Origin: a virus | Lineage: Duplodnaviria; Caudoviricetes | Direction: 5' to 3' (one strand) | Length of the DNA: 64,000 nucleotides | IMG/VR virus record: IMGVR_UViG_3300035208_004396 | In this document: positions 50,577 through 59,498 of the stretch, one piece after another | Layout: every line of letters begins with the position of its first letter | How positions within the stretch are numbered: the stretch's first letter is position 1 | Position numbers and translations under genes: made by a program | Notes under the pieces: model-generated | The model's input: only the letters and a program-made list of their open reading frames with translations | The model's database searches: none | What the model was told of the DNA's origin: nothing

Positions 50577-52112
50577 TCAGTATAAACAAGATAATGAACG
50601 AATTAACGAAGATCTTTTGACTTTTAGTTTTTTGATTAAAAATTGTTGTTTCAGCTTTGACATATTAGAAAATACATCAAGATTTATGTTATGAGATAAA
50701 AGATAATCTGAAAGATTTGACCGGTGATGTTTATGTTTCGATATTAAATTGTATTCTTTTTTGAAATAATAATACTGTCTTTTAATCGTGTTATCTCGCC
50801 AAATAGTATATTTTTTAGCTAAACTGATGAATTTTTCTCGAGTAAAATCCGAATTTAGCATATTTAACTGCATTCTAAGATTCTTTTTGGAAAATCTCGG
50901 TCTATATTCAGTTAAAACAGAATAATCTTCTATATTATCTAATTCGGTTTGAAGTTTTTTAACCCTAGCAAGTTTTTCATAACATAGTCTGAACAGCGAA
51001 TCATCTGAATGGTCTTTTTTGAATGAAATTGGATCATTTACTCGATAAGTCGCATAGTATTTTGCTGCTTTATAAAGATGAGCTACAGTATATTCGAATG
51101 GTATGTTTTCTTGTTTCAATAGATTGTTGTAACCTATTATGTTGATAGCTAACCTATCTACGAAACCACATAGATAATTGTGTCTATGACCACTCATTAT
51201 GCTTTTAGTAGCTAAAACACGTGTATGTGGTACATTTTTATAACATTTAGCTGGTAAATTGAATTGTTTTAAGACACGATTGATTGAAAAAGGAAGATTT
51301 TCATTACAATTATAAGCTTTAGATCTATCATCGAAATATGTGCTCCAATCAATTTCATCATGAGTTATTATTTTATGATTGTCCCAGTTCAAATTATGTT
51401 TGAGATATACAGTTTTCCTTACATATTTAGATAAAACATAATCTAAACCCATTCGAGATAAAACATCACCAATATTAGCATAAATACCGATGTTATCATC
51501 ATAAATCGAAGATTCTTCTGGTTTTACTGGTTTCCCATAAGTGAGTTGAAATAGATTCGAAATATATGACGTATCGAAATCTATATGACTATGAACTTCA
51601 TATAGATCACCATTTTTAACATTTTCTGAATTTTCTTCGAAATTACTGATTTTACCAACTAAATATCTTATTCTGCCTTGTTTACTAACAACTCTTCTAT
51701 ATGTAACATTTTTATAAGGATAATCACTAATGATCAATTTATGAGATTCGACATAATGATGCCAGAACTCTTCTCGTTCACATTTAATTTCAAAAGGCAA
51801 CGGATAAAATAACTTGCATTTATATCGACCACTACCAAAACTAGGGGATCTTACTACTTTTTTACCATATTTTGAAACTAAGTAATCATAAAATGATTTA
51901 TCTGCCCAGTCAAAATCATAAACTAAATACTTGGTTTTATAATTATAATCCGGAAATTGTCTGAGAAATGGCAATCCTGCATTATAAATCTTTACTAAAT
52001 CATCTACACTACTTAAACTAACTAGATAAGTATCACTAGAGATCCAAATCTTAGAATTTATCTTACTAAGCTTCTTATCTGAAAATACGTTAAATATATT
52101 TACGAATTCCAC
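50577..52112 (-). CDS. Putative AEP primase-polymerase/Rep-like protein with PriCT-like region
   Basis: LVYDFD (motif I), RSPS...K..LFY (motif II-like), IDFD (motif III), GHRHNYL (PriCT-like), basic C-terminus; GTG start. Confidence 0.5.
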   Translation of the reverse strand: MEFVNIFNVFSDKKLSKINSKIWISSDTYLVSLSSVDDLVKIYNAGLPFLRQFPDYNYKTKYLVYDFDWADKSFYDYLVSKYGKKVVRSPSFGSGRYKCKLFYPLPFEIKCEREEFWHHYVESHKLIISDYPYKNVTYRRVVSKQGRIRYLVGKISNFEENSENVKNGDLYEVHSHIDFDTSYISNLFQLTYGKPVKPEESSIYDDNIGIYANIGDVLSRMGLDYVLSKYVRKTVYLKHNLNWDNHKIITHDEIDWSTYFDDRSKAYNCNENLPFSINRVLKQFNLPAKCYKNVPHTRVLATKSIMSGHRHNYLCGFVDRLAINIIGYNNLLKQENIPFEYTVAHLYKAAKYYATYRVNDPISFKKDHSDDSLFRLCYEKLARVKKLQTELDNIEDYSVLTEYRPRFSKKNLRMQLNMLNSDFTREKFISLAKKYTIWRDNTIKRQYYYFKKEYNLISKHKHHRSNLSDYLLSHNINLDVFSNMSKLKQQFLIKKLKVKRSSLIRSLSCLY

Positions 52113-52162
52113 ATATCAAATCTAATCAATATTAGAATTCATTTTCGTACACATTAAGATTG

Positions 52163-52330
52163 AAGAATAGACAAACCTTTTCTATCTTAGTACCCCCTCC
52201 TATAGGTTTTATACTATATAAAAAAAGATCCCCCCTCTCCCTACCCAACTATAATGTATCTATCGAGAAATATGTGGACTTTTTCCGATGTAAAAATCAC
52301 TTGGTTTCTTACTTAGAGTAAGGACGGATC
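52163..52330 (+). repeat. 168-bp non-coding dispersed repeat, copy 2
   Basis: Near-identical to 20675-20842, same orientation. Confidence 0.95.
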
Positions 52331-52537
52331 TGTTTTTAATGAAATGTTAAAATAAGTTTACAATTAAAATGTTGAGATTTATGTGAAATTGATCACTTGT
52401 GTTAGAAATAAAACCAGTTATCCGGATTTATATAATGGGGCTTATCTTTATATTGGTTTAATTGAAGTTTGATGCCACTTTTAGCTTGTTTTTTAATAAT
52501 ACCAAAATAACTATAGGTTTATTTAAAATACTGTCTA

Positions 52538-52698
52538 AAACAGGTGTTAAAATGAAAAATAAAGCTATCCTTTTAATTTAACATAAACATATGTATAATG
52601 ACGTATTTATAATGACGTATTTATAATTAATTAGTAACTATATCGTAAAAAATATGAAAAGAGCTTAAACAGGCGTTAAAATGAAAAATAAAGCTATC
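52538..52698 (+). repeat. 32-bp direct repeat (52538-52569, 52667-52698) plus tandem TATAATGACGTATT x2 (52594-52621)
   Basis: AAACAGG(T/C)GTTAAAATGAAAAATAAAGCTATC, 1 mismatch. Confidence 0.8.
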
Positions 52699-52735
52699 TA
52701 GATAAAAAAGCCCGATTGTTTATATCGGGTTAGGG

Positions 52736-53224
52736 TTATATTCTTTTTAATTCCAGTATATCGTGATGTATTTGATGAATGTAAGAATTACCACCTAATT
52801 TTATATATACATCATAAAGGTCAAGGAAGTTTTGTAATTGGAATTCTGAAATATTTCCTCTGTCTCTAGATTTCTCCCATATTCTGGTTAAAGCATCTCT
52901 AGTATTGCATAATGCTTGTTCTTTCAATATAAAGATGTCAGTATTATTATGATTTTGTTTATTTTCTAATTCAGTTAATGCCAATTTCATGTCTTTTAAC
53001 AAAACATCGTGTTCTTTAGACATAGCTGTGTTCGATTTCAATGTAGAGATAACCTCATTTACATCAGAATATAGTTTCTTTTTATTCTCCATGTCGGTGA
53101 ATAAGCCAATTAATGCTTTTCGAAACGGTTTAATTATTAAAGCTAACATCCCTACAAAGGTAGTAACAGAACCAGCTATAATACCTATATAGCCACATAC
53201 ATTCGCTATAAAACTTAAAGCCAT
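52736..53224 (-). CDS. Membrane-anchored coiled-coil protein, holin-like
   Basis: N-terminal TM, coiled coil, C-terminal Y..Y..LGGN. Confidence 0.6.
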   Translation of the reverse strand: MALSFIANVCGYIGIIAGSVTTFVGMLALIIKPFRKALIGLFTDMENKKKLYSDVNEVISTLKSNTAMSKEHDVLLKDMKLALTELENKQNHNNTDIFILKEQALCNTRDALTRIWEKSRDRGNISEFQLQNFLDLYDVYIKLGGNSYIHQIHHDILELKRI

Positions 53225-53301
53225 GTTATATATATCTAACTTTATCAGAGACTGATATTTTCCAACTTTGATTATATTTGAAGTAAAATTGGAGTATTTT
53301 T

Positions 53302-53862
53302 ATGAATTTAGAAGATTTTATTAAATTATTGCCATTCAATTTGACTGAATCTGAGAGTAAATACCTATTATGTTCTGATATGATCTCTAAAACAATATCC
53401 ATAGATAAAAGACAATCTGGTCTAAGTACAATAATGCAGATTTTAATCATGTTTAATATGTTGAAAGGGGGTAATAGTGTATTATTTGTGAATGATTTTA
53501 AGAACGGGGAGTATTTTATAAATCAACTTATGAAATTATACTATTCTATGAAACCTTTTGCCAATTTCAAGTTTCAGAAATATAGTGTGATAGGTTATAA
53601 TTCTAGATTAGATTTATGTTTGATTAAGAATAACGATCAACTTAGAGGTAAAACTTTTTCTTTTGCTTATATAGATGATGCTGATTTAGGGAAGTATAAT
53701 GATATAATGGATATTTATTTTGCGTTGAGAACTTGTCCGATTAAGATCAATGTTAATATCGATCAACCCCATTCTAGTTTTATAAAAAATTATATTAAAG
53801 ATAATATGTTTAGTTTGACTGATATGAATTTGAATATTTTACGGGAAATAAATAGAGTATGA
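53302..53862 (+). CDS. Degenerate terminase-ATPase-like protein
   Basis: KRQSGLST (Walker A, K>L) and LRGKTFSFAYIDDA (Walker B, E>D) parallel to GRQTGKTT / IRGKSVSYMLVDEF of the TerL here. Confidence 0.6.
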   Translation: MNLEDFIKLLPFNLTESESKYLLCSDMISKTISIDKRQSGLSTIMQILIMFNMLKGGNSVLFVNDFKNGEYFINQLMKLYYSMKPFANFKFQKYSVIGYNSRLDLCLIKNNDQLRGKTFSFAYIDDADLGKYNDIMDIYFALRTCPIKINVNIDQPHSSFIKNYIKDNMFSLTDMNLNILREINRV

Positions 53863-55715
53863 AAAAATATGATGAAAATGCAATTAAAGTATTAGTGGGT
53901 CTAGATGCAGTCAGAAAACGTTCCGATATGTATCTTGGCAGTACTACAGGGAAGCAATCTACAGCTTTATATAGAATGTTTCGTGAAATTTTGGACAATT
54001 CGCTAGATGAATACTTAATTAAATCAAATTATAATATCGATATATTTTACGATAAAAACACTAATTATGTAACAATTATCGACAATGGTCGTGGTGTTCC
54101 AACTGGTAAAAATAAAGAATCAGGGAAGAGCACAATGGAGATTGTATTTGGTGAATTACATAGTTCGGGTAAGTTCGATCATGAATCATATTCTATGAGT
54201 TCTGGTAAGAATGGTGTAGGTAGTTCATGCACTAATGCTCTTTCAGATCATTTTTATGCTTATAGTAATAATAATTCGGAACATAAATGGTATAGTGTAG
54301 AATTTAGTAAAGGGAAACTAGTTTCTAGCCAATTTTCAGATCCTGATAAGAATCTGATTAAATATGTTAAAAACACAGGTACGATAGTAAAATATATTCC
54401 TGATACTACTATATTCTTAGATGGTATAAATCTAGATTTACATAGGGTAAAAAGAGAATTAACCGATCTTAAATATCTATGTCCAAAACTTCATTTGACT
54501 TTGCATGAAAATGAAGATGTTACTGATTATTATTCCGAATCTGGTCTAGCTGCACTAGTTGGCCCAGGTGATGTTTTTACATTTACTAATGATGATATGG
54601 AAGTCGCACTCAATTTCACTAAAAATGAAGGTTCAGATTTCAAATCATACGTAAACTTATGTAATACTGATATGGGAGGAACTCATTTATTAGGTTTGAA
54701 AACTGTCATTTGTGAGGTTTTGAAGACTTATTCAGAATTAAAATTGGCTAATCTCGATCTATTAGAAGGTATAATTGGTGCTATACACTATAAAATGGCA
54801 GAACCACAGTATCAATCACAGACTAAAAATGAATTATGTTCTAGCATAGCTAAAACTAATGTTATTGATACTTTAACTAAACCATTGACTAAATTTTTCG
54901 AAAAAAATGAAAGTTTGAGAAAAAGAATCATCGTTTATGCCGAAAAGATGTTCGCAGAACGAGAAAAGATGAAAGCTAATAAAGATCTGCTTAAAAATCT
55001 AAAAGATCTGAATAATTCATTATATCATATATCGGATAAATTTCTAGATGCCGATCGTAGAAAATATAATACCGAAGATCTAGAAATGTTCATTGTAGAA
55101 GGCGATAGTGCCGGCGGTCACTTCAAACAAGCTCGTTCAGCAAATCAAGCCGAGTTGAAAATAAGAGGAAAGATCATTAACTCAGAACGAGCTACTTATG
55201 AAAACTTATTTGGTAATTCGAAAGATAAAGATTCCGGAAATAAAGAGATAAAAGACTTAATAACAGCTCTTGGTTGTGGCATACTAGACCAATATGACGA
55301 AACTAAATTAAGATTCAAAAAAGTAATCATCCTATCCGATGCCGATGTAGATGGTGAACATATCGCATTGCTATTAATATCGTTTTTCGTAAATTATGTA
55401 CCAGATTTGATTAAAAATGGTCATTTATATCTTATTAAAGCTCCTCTATTCATCGGAAATGCTGCAAATTATAAGAATAAAGGCATGACGAGAAAAGAAA
55501 TCGATAATGATATGAAGAATCATAATATCAAAAATTATACGGTTTCTAGACTTAAAGGCTGGGGAGAAACTTCACCTACTCAATTACACGAATTATGCTT
55601 AAATCCTGATACCAGAATATTAGTTAATGTAAAATGGAACGACGATTGTAAAGAAGTTTTACATAATACAATGGGAAGTGATAGTGCTTATAGAAAAGGA
55701 CTATTAAATATCTGA
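53859..55715 (+). CDS. Type IIA topoisomerase subunit B (GyrB/ParE-like)
   Basis: GLDAVRKR..MY.G, EILDNS.DE, DNGRG.P, LHSSGKF, GKNGVG, VEGDSAGG, RGKIIN, DADVDG.HI, KGWGE. Confidence 0.93.
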   Translation: MKKYDENAIKVLVGLDAVRKRSDMYLGSTTGKQSTALYRMFREILDNSLDEYLIKSNYNIDIFYDKNTNYVTIIDNGRGVPTGKNKESGKSTMEIVFGELHSSGKFDHESYSMSSGKNGVGSSCTNALSDHFYAYSNNNSEHKWYSVEFSKGKLVSSQFSDPDKNLIKYVKNTGTIVKYIPDTTIFLDGINLDLHRVKRELTDLKYLCPKLHLTLHENEDVTDYYSESGLAALVGPGDVFTFTNDDMEVALNFTKNEGSDFKSYVNLCNTDMGGTHLLGLKTVICEVLKTYSELKLANLDLLEGIIGAIHYKMAEPQYQSQTKNELCSSIAKTNVIDTLTKPLTKFFEKNESLRKRIIVYAEKMFAEREKMKANKDLLKNLKDLNNSLYHISDKFLDADRRKYNTEDLEMFIVEGDSAGGHFKQARSANQAELKIRGKIINSERATYENLFGNSKDKDSGNKEIKDLITALGCGILDQYDETKLRFKKVIILSDADVDGEHIALLLISFFVNYVPDLIKNGHLYLIKAPLFIGNAANYKNKGMTRKEIDNDMKNHNIKNYTVSRLKGWGETSPTQLHELCLNPDTRILVNVKWNDDCKEVLHNTMGSDSAYRKGLLNI

Positions 55716-55745
55716 AAAAACCGAGCTTTTAAGCTCGGTATTTTT
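55716..55745. terminator. Bidirectional Rho-independent terminator
   Basis: ACCGAGCTT-TT-AAGCTCGGT between convergent genes. Confidence 0.75.
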
Positions 55746-56427
55746 ATTTTTTCTTAAATATTTCGTGAATTGGATTACCAAATATTCTTTTGGCTTCGGT
55801 TTGTGTGATAACCGGCATTCTTCCTCTCGGATCCCCATTAGTATCATCCCCACTAATTTTTGGTACTCCAATCTTATGAGAATGATCCGAATCTTCTAAT
55901 ATTTCACCTATTTTTTGATTTATTATCTGATGTTTGTGTGAATGACCACAGTTAGGTGCACCAGACCAACCATTTCCATTAGAATCCAGATAATAATAAT
56001 GATAATGCGGCATAACATTAGGGGCATTATCTATGCTGGTTTCCAAAACACCATACATCATAGTTTCTTCTGAAATTTCATTCATGATAGGTTTAATATA
56101 GATAGTACAATCTCCATCGGGAATATCATCGGTTTGAAGATTCATAGCAAATTCTTTCTCACTATCGAAATTAAGTTGATCTATAAAAGATTCCCAATCT
56201 CTAGAACAATCCTTTACTAGAGCTTCGTATTCGGAAGAACTATATGATTCACTATCGGGTAAAAACGAACCGCTTACTTCAAAATGAACATAACTAGTAC
56301 CATTTTTAACTCCAGTCTCGAATTTTGTTATATCACAACCATTACTTGTTAAATAACTTGCTATACTTCTTTTAAGAAAAGCTATATAATTCGGAGAGAA
56401 ATCCGAAATTTCAGATAATACAATCAT
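55744..56427 (-). CDS. Hypothetical acidic protein with HxH metal-binding repeats
   Basis: HYHY, GHSHKH, DHSH; GAGG RBS. Confidence 0.6.
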   Translation of the reverse strand: MIVLSEISDFSPNYIAFLKRSIASYLTSNGCDITKFETGVKNGTSYVHFEVSGSFLPDSESYSSSEYEALVKDCSRDWESFIDQLNFDSEKEFAMNLQTDDIPDGDCTIYIKPIMNEISEETMMYGVLETSIDNAPNVMPHYHYYYLDSNGNGWSGAPNCGHSHKHQIINQKIGEILEDSDHSHKIGVPKISGDDTNGDPRGRMPVITQTEAKRIFGNPIHEIFKKK

Positions 56428-56456
56428 AATTAAACCTCGTTTTTACTTTAATATAT

Positions 56457-57356
56457 ATGAATGTGTTCATGAAGAATGAAAATCTCCGAGGTATACATGA
56501 CAATATAGAAATGTCAAGTGAAGATAATTTGAATTTTGCTAAATGTATGAGCGATATTTTTGAATTTTCTAGATATTTCTACATCATCATGGCCGGCATA
56601 GGTTTTGCCCCTATAAAACTCAGAGAATATCAAACCAGAGTGATAAAAGCTCTAGTTACTAAAGTCGAAGGCAAAAACAATAGAATCATAATGCAAGGTA
56701 GACAAACTGGAAAAACTACCATAGCATCATTATATCTACTCTGGTTATTCCTTTTTGAAAAAGACAAAACGTTCGCCATATTAGCAAACAAAGAAGATCA
56801 AGCTCTTGAAATCATGAATAGAATTCAAAATGCTTATCTGAAATTACCACTATGGTTACAATGCCCAGTATTAAACTGGACTCAATCAAAAATCGTATTG
56901 TCTAACGGGAACACAATGTTCACTGCTGCTTCTAGCAGTGATTCTATCCGCGGTAAATCGGTATCATATATGCTAGTTGACGAATTTGCTCACCTAGATG
57001 GTTCTGTAGCTAAAAAGTTCATGGATTCGGTATTCCCTACTCAAGCAGCTGATCCGGATGCTAAACTCATATTGATCTCAACACCTAATGGAACTAATCA
57101 GTTCTATGATACATGGCAAAAAGCTAGAGCTGGCATCAACTCGTTCATTCCGATCATGGTCCAATGGTATGAAGTTCCTGGCAGAGATGAAAAATTCAAA
57201 GAACGTATAATCAAAGACAACGGAATAAGACACTTTATGCAAGAATATGCTTGCGTAGATGGTGATTCTGTCGTAAAAGTTAGAAATAAGGAAAATAATG
57301 CTGTTTTTGAGATAAAAACGAGAGATTTATATCATGAATTATCATTAGTGGATTAA
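56457..57356 (+). CDS. gp17: Terminase large subunit (T4 gp17-like), N-terminal ATPase piece ending in IntN
   Basis: LREYQ, GRQTGKTT, ILANK, LPLWLQ, IRG.S, VDEFAH, ISTPNG.N.FY, WYEVPGRDE, F.QEY then intein. Confidence 0.92.
   Translation: MNVFMKNENLRGIHDNIEMSSEDNLNFAKCMSDIFEFSRYFYIIMAGIGFAPIKLREYQTRVIKALVTKVEGKNNRIIMQGRQTGKTTIASLYLLWLFLFEKDKTFAILANKEDQALEIMNRIQNAYLKLPLWLQCPVLNWTQSKIVLSNGNTMFTAASSSDSIRGKSVSYMLVDEFAHLDGSVAKKFMDSVFPTQAADPDAKLILISTPNGTNQFYDTWQKARAGINSFIPIMVQWYEVPGRDEKFKERIIKDNGIRHFMQEYACVDGDSVVKVRNKENNAVFEIKTRDLYHELSLVD
57252..57353 (+). other. Split intein N-fragment (IntN, 34 aa: CVDGDSVVKVRNKENNAVFEIKTRDLYHELSLVD)
   Basis: Block A CVDGDS, I.T.DLY..L, then stop; QEYA|C junction resembles that of known TerL split inteins. 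Confidence 0.85.
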
Positions 57357-57397
57357 GTCATCCAGAATAAGAGTACAAACTTTCATATATTTACAAT

Positions 57398-58756
57398 ATG
57401 AGATGTGAGATATGTTTAAGAGAATTCAGTCCTAATGGTTTAGCTGCCCATATAGAGAACAGTCATAAAGAAATAAATGTTAAAGATTATTATGACAAAT
57501 ATCTTCGAAAAGAAAACGAAGGTAAATGTAAGATATGTGGAAAACCAACTAGATTCAAGGGTTTTAGAGGGTATTCTAAATATTGTTCGATGAAATGTGT
57601 TTGGCATGATAAAGATATAGTAAAGAAGAGAAATTCACATACAGATTTTGACAAAGCATCTAAAAAAGCAAGTTTTGTAAAGTTTGCAAAATATGGGAGT
57701 GGTATTAGCGAGTCTGAGAGATATCGTAGAATTGAAAGATCTAAAGCTAATTTGTCCCGTATTTTGAGTGAAAATCATTGTGAATTGATAGATATAGTTC
57801 TGAAAAATGGTAAGATTTATTCAGTTAAGTATCGTTGTTCTATATGTAATTCCGAGTATACAAGGGTAAGAAGTGGAATTGACCGAAATTATCGAGATGG
57901 AAAGGGCGGATTTTGTCCTAATTGTTCACCTAAGTATAGTAATCCAGAAGGAGAGATTTACAATTATATCAAATCTATCTATTCCGGTTCGATCATTATG
58001 CATGACCGGAAGTGTTTAGCTGGACATGAATTAGATATCTTCATACCCGATGTTAATATCGCAATAGAATATGACAGTTTTCATTTTCACGATGAAAATC
58101 ATGTAACTAAGTTTTATCATATAGAAAAAACAGAAGCTTGTTTAGCTAAAAATATCAAGTTGATCCATATATTCGAAGATGAGTGGCGAGATCGAAAAGA
58201 TATCGTTAAGTCTAGACTTTCTGGATTTTTTCACAAAAACAAGGTAATCTATGCAAGGAAAACTGAGTTTAGAGTTGTTTCTCATCAAAATGCTAAAGAA
58301 TTTCTAATAGAGAATCACATACAAGGATATTGTATTTCTAAAATAAGATATGGTTTATATCTAAAAGATGAATTAGTTGCCTTGATGACTTTTGGTAAGT
58401 CTAGATTTTCCGATGAATTCGAGATGTTACGTTTCTGTAATAAGAAATATACTAATGTGGTAGGTGGAGCTAGTAAATTGATTAAACATGCCGGATTATC
58501 TTTCGTAACTTATGCTGATAGAAGATGGTCTAATGGTGATTTATATCGTAAATTGGGAATGAAGTTTCTAGGAAAAACAGAGCCGAATTATCATTATATT
58601 GTTAAACACAGATTAGAAAGTAGGTTCAAATATCAAAAACACAAGCTTATTTTAGCCGGATTCGATCCAAATCTTTCCGAACATGATATTATGAAAAAAC
58701 TAGAAATTTTCAGGATATATGACTCTGGTATGTTGAAATTTTCATATAATAGCTAA
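57398..58756 (+). CDS. Zinc-finger Hef-like homing endonuclease (PD-(D/E)XK/Vsr-like)
   Basis: MRCEIC C2H2, CKICG, S.PE.EI, ELDIFIP...AIEYD...H, LIHIFEDEW, ARKTE, GGASKL, YADRRWS.G, IYDSG. Confidence 0.85.
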   Translation: MRCEICLREFSPNGLAAHIENSHKEINVKDYYDKYLRKENEGKCKICGKPTRFKGFRGYSKYCSMKCVWHDKDIVKKRNSHTDFDKASKKASFVKFAKYGSGISESERYRRIERSKANLSRILSENHCELIDIVLKNGKIYSVKYRCSICNSEYTRVRSGIDRNYRDGKGGFCPNCSPKYSNPEGEIYNYIKSIYSGSIIMHDRKCLAGHELDIFIPDVNIAIEYDSFHFHDENHVTKFYHIEKTEACLAKNIKLIHIFEDEWRDRKDIVKSRLSGFFHKNKVIYARKTEFRVVSHQNAKEFLIENHIQGYCISKIRYGLYLKDELVALMTFGKSRFSDEFEMLRFCNKKYTNVVGGASKLIKHAGLSFVTYADRRWSNGDLYRKLGMKFLGKTEPNYHYIVKHRLESRFKYQKHKLILAGFDPNLSEHDIMKKLEIFRIYDSGMLKFSYNS

Positions 58757-58854
58757 AAAATAAAAAATACTTTGGAAATTTAGTAGAATAATGTTATAAT
58801 AATATGTATATTTCGTCTGGCATTAAGCCAATAAATCTATAAGGAGAGTATTAT

Positions 58855-59277
58855 ATGAAAAAACTATTAATCGCATTATCCCTGCTTGCATGCGTATGCA
58901 TGGCGGAACAATTCACGCGGACATACAAGACCGCTGTCGTATGCGGCACACACGAAGACACAACGTGCCAAATTAAAGGTACTGACATACCGGTTATCTT
59001 TAATTATGGAGGAAACGCCGGTGTAATTTTGTTCCCCCAATCTACTGGTTCTGTAAAACTGACGCCTTATGGTAACAAGGATACTAGTACCAATGACAAT
59101 GGTGTCGACTTACAGGAATACTCCTTCGTTGATAATGACGGTGACCTAGGATCCTATACGTTCTGGGATGGCGGGCTGATTATCCAGTATAATGTAGGAG
59201 TTCAAATAATCATGATGGTATGCCCATCTACTAACATGTGTCCTTGTTATTCATTCGCTAATTCATGGTGCCATTGA
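58855..59277 (+). CDS. Exported hypothetical protein
   Basis: Signal peptide MKKLLIALSLLACVCMA; AAGGAG RBS; visibly GC-richer. Confidence 0.65.
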   Translation: MKKLLIALSLLACVCMAEQFTRTYKTAVVCGTHEDTTCQIKGTDIPVIFNYGGNAGVILFPQSTGSVKLTPYGNKDTSTNDNGVDLQEYSFVDNDGDLGSYTFWDGGLIIQYNVGVQIIMMVCPSTNMCPCYSFANSWCH

Positions 59278-59498
59278 TTATATTCTTTATTTGAGAAATC
59301 GATAATGAATAATATCTCATATTACTAGTTCTAGAATGAGTTTATAAATGCATTACGCATAATGTAACGCATTTGGCTTTATATATTAAATGTAACTTAT
59401 TATTTACATATTTTTAATCATTATTTATTTAGAAAACATGAATATATTATTATATTTTCACTGTTAAATCTATTTAAACTTCTACTAAGGACCTAAAT

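Noticed and set aside
20675-52330. 168-bp repeats as prophage attL/attR or transposon ends
   Set aside because: Core phage genes lie both inside and outside the interval and no integrase is present; kept only as origin/recombination candidates
57252-57353. TerL IntN pairing with the NrdD IntC
   Set aside because: The 34-aa IntN already contains the segment (FEIKTRDLYHEL) equivalent to the start of NrdD IntC (IKIKFKDMWDEF), and the product would be a meaningless chimera; a dedicated IntC elsewhere is more plausible
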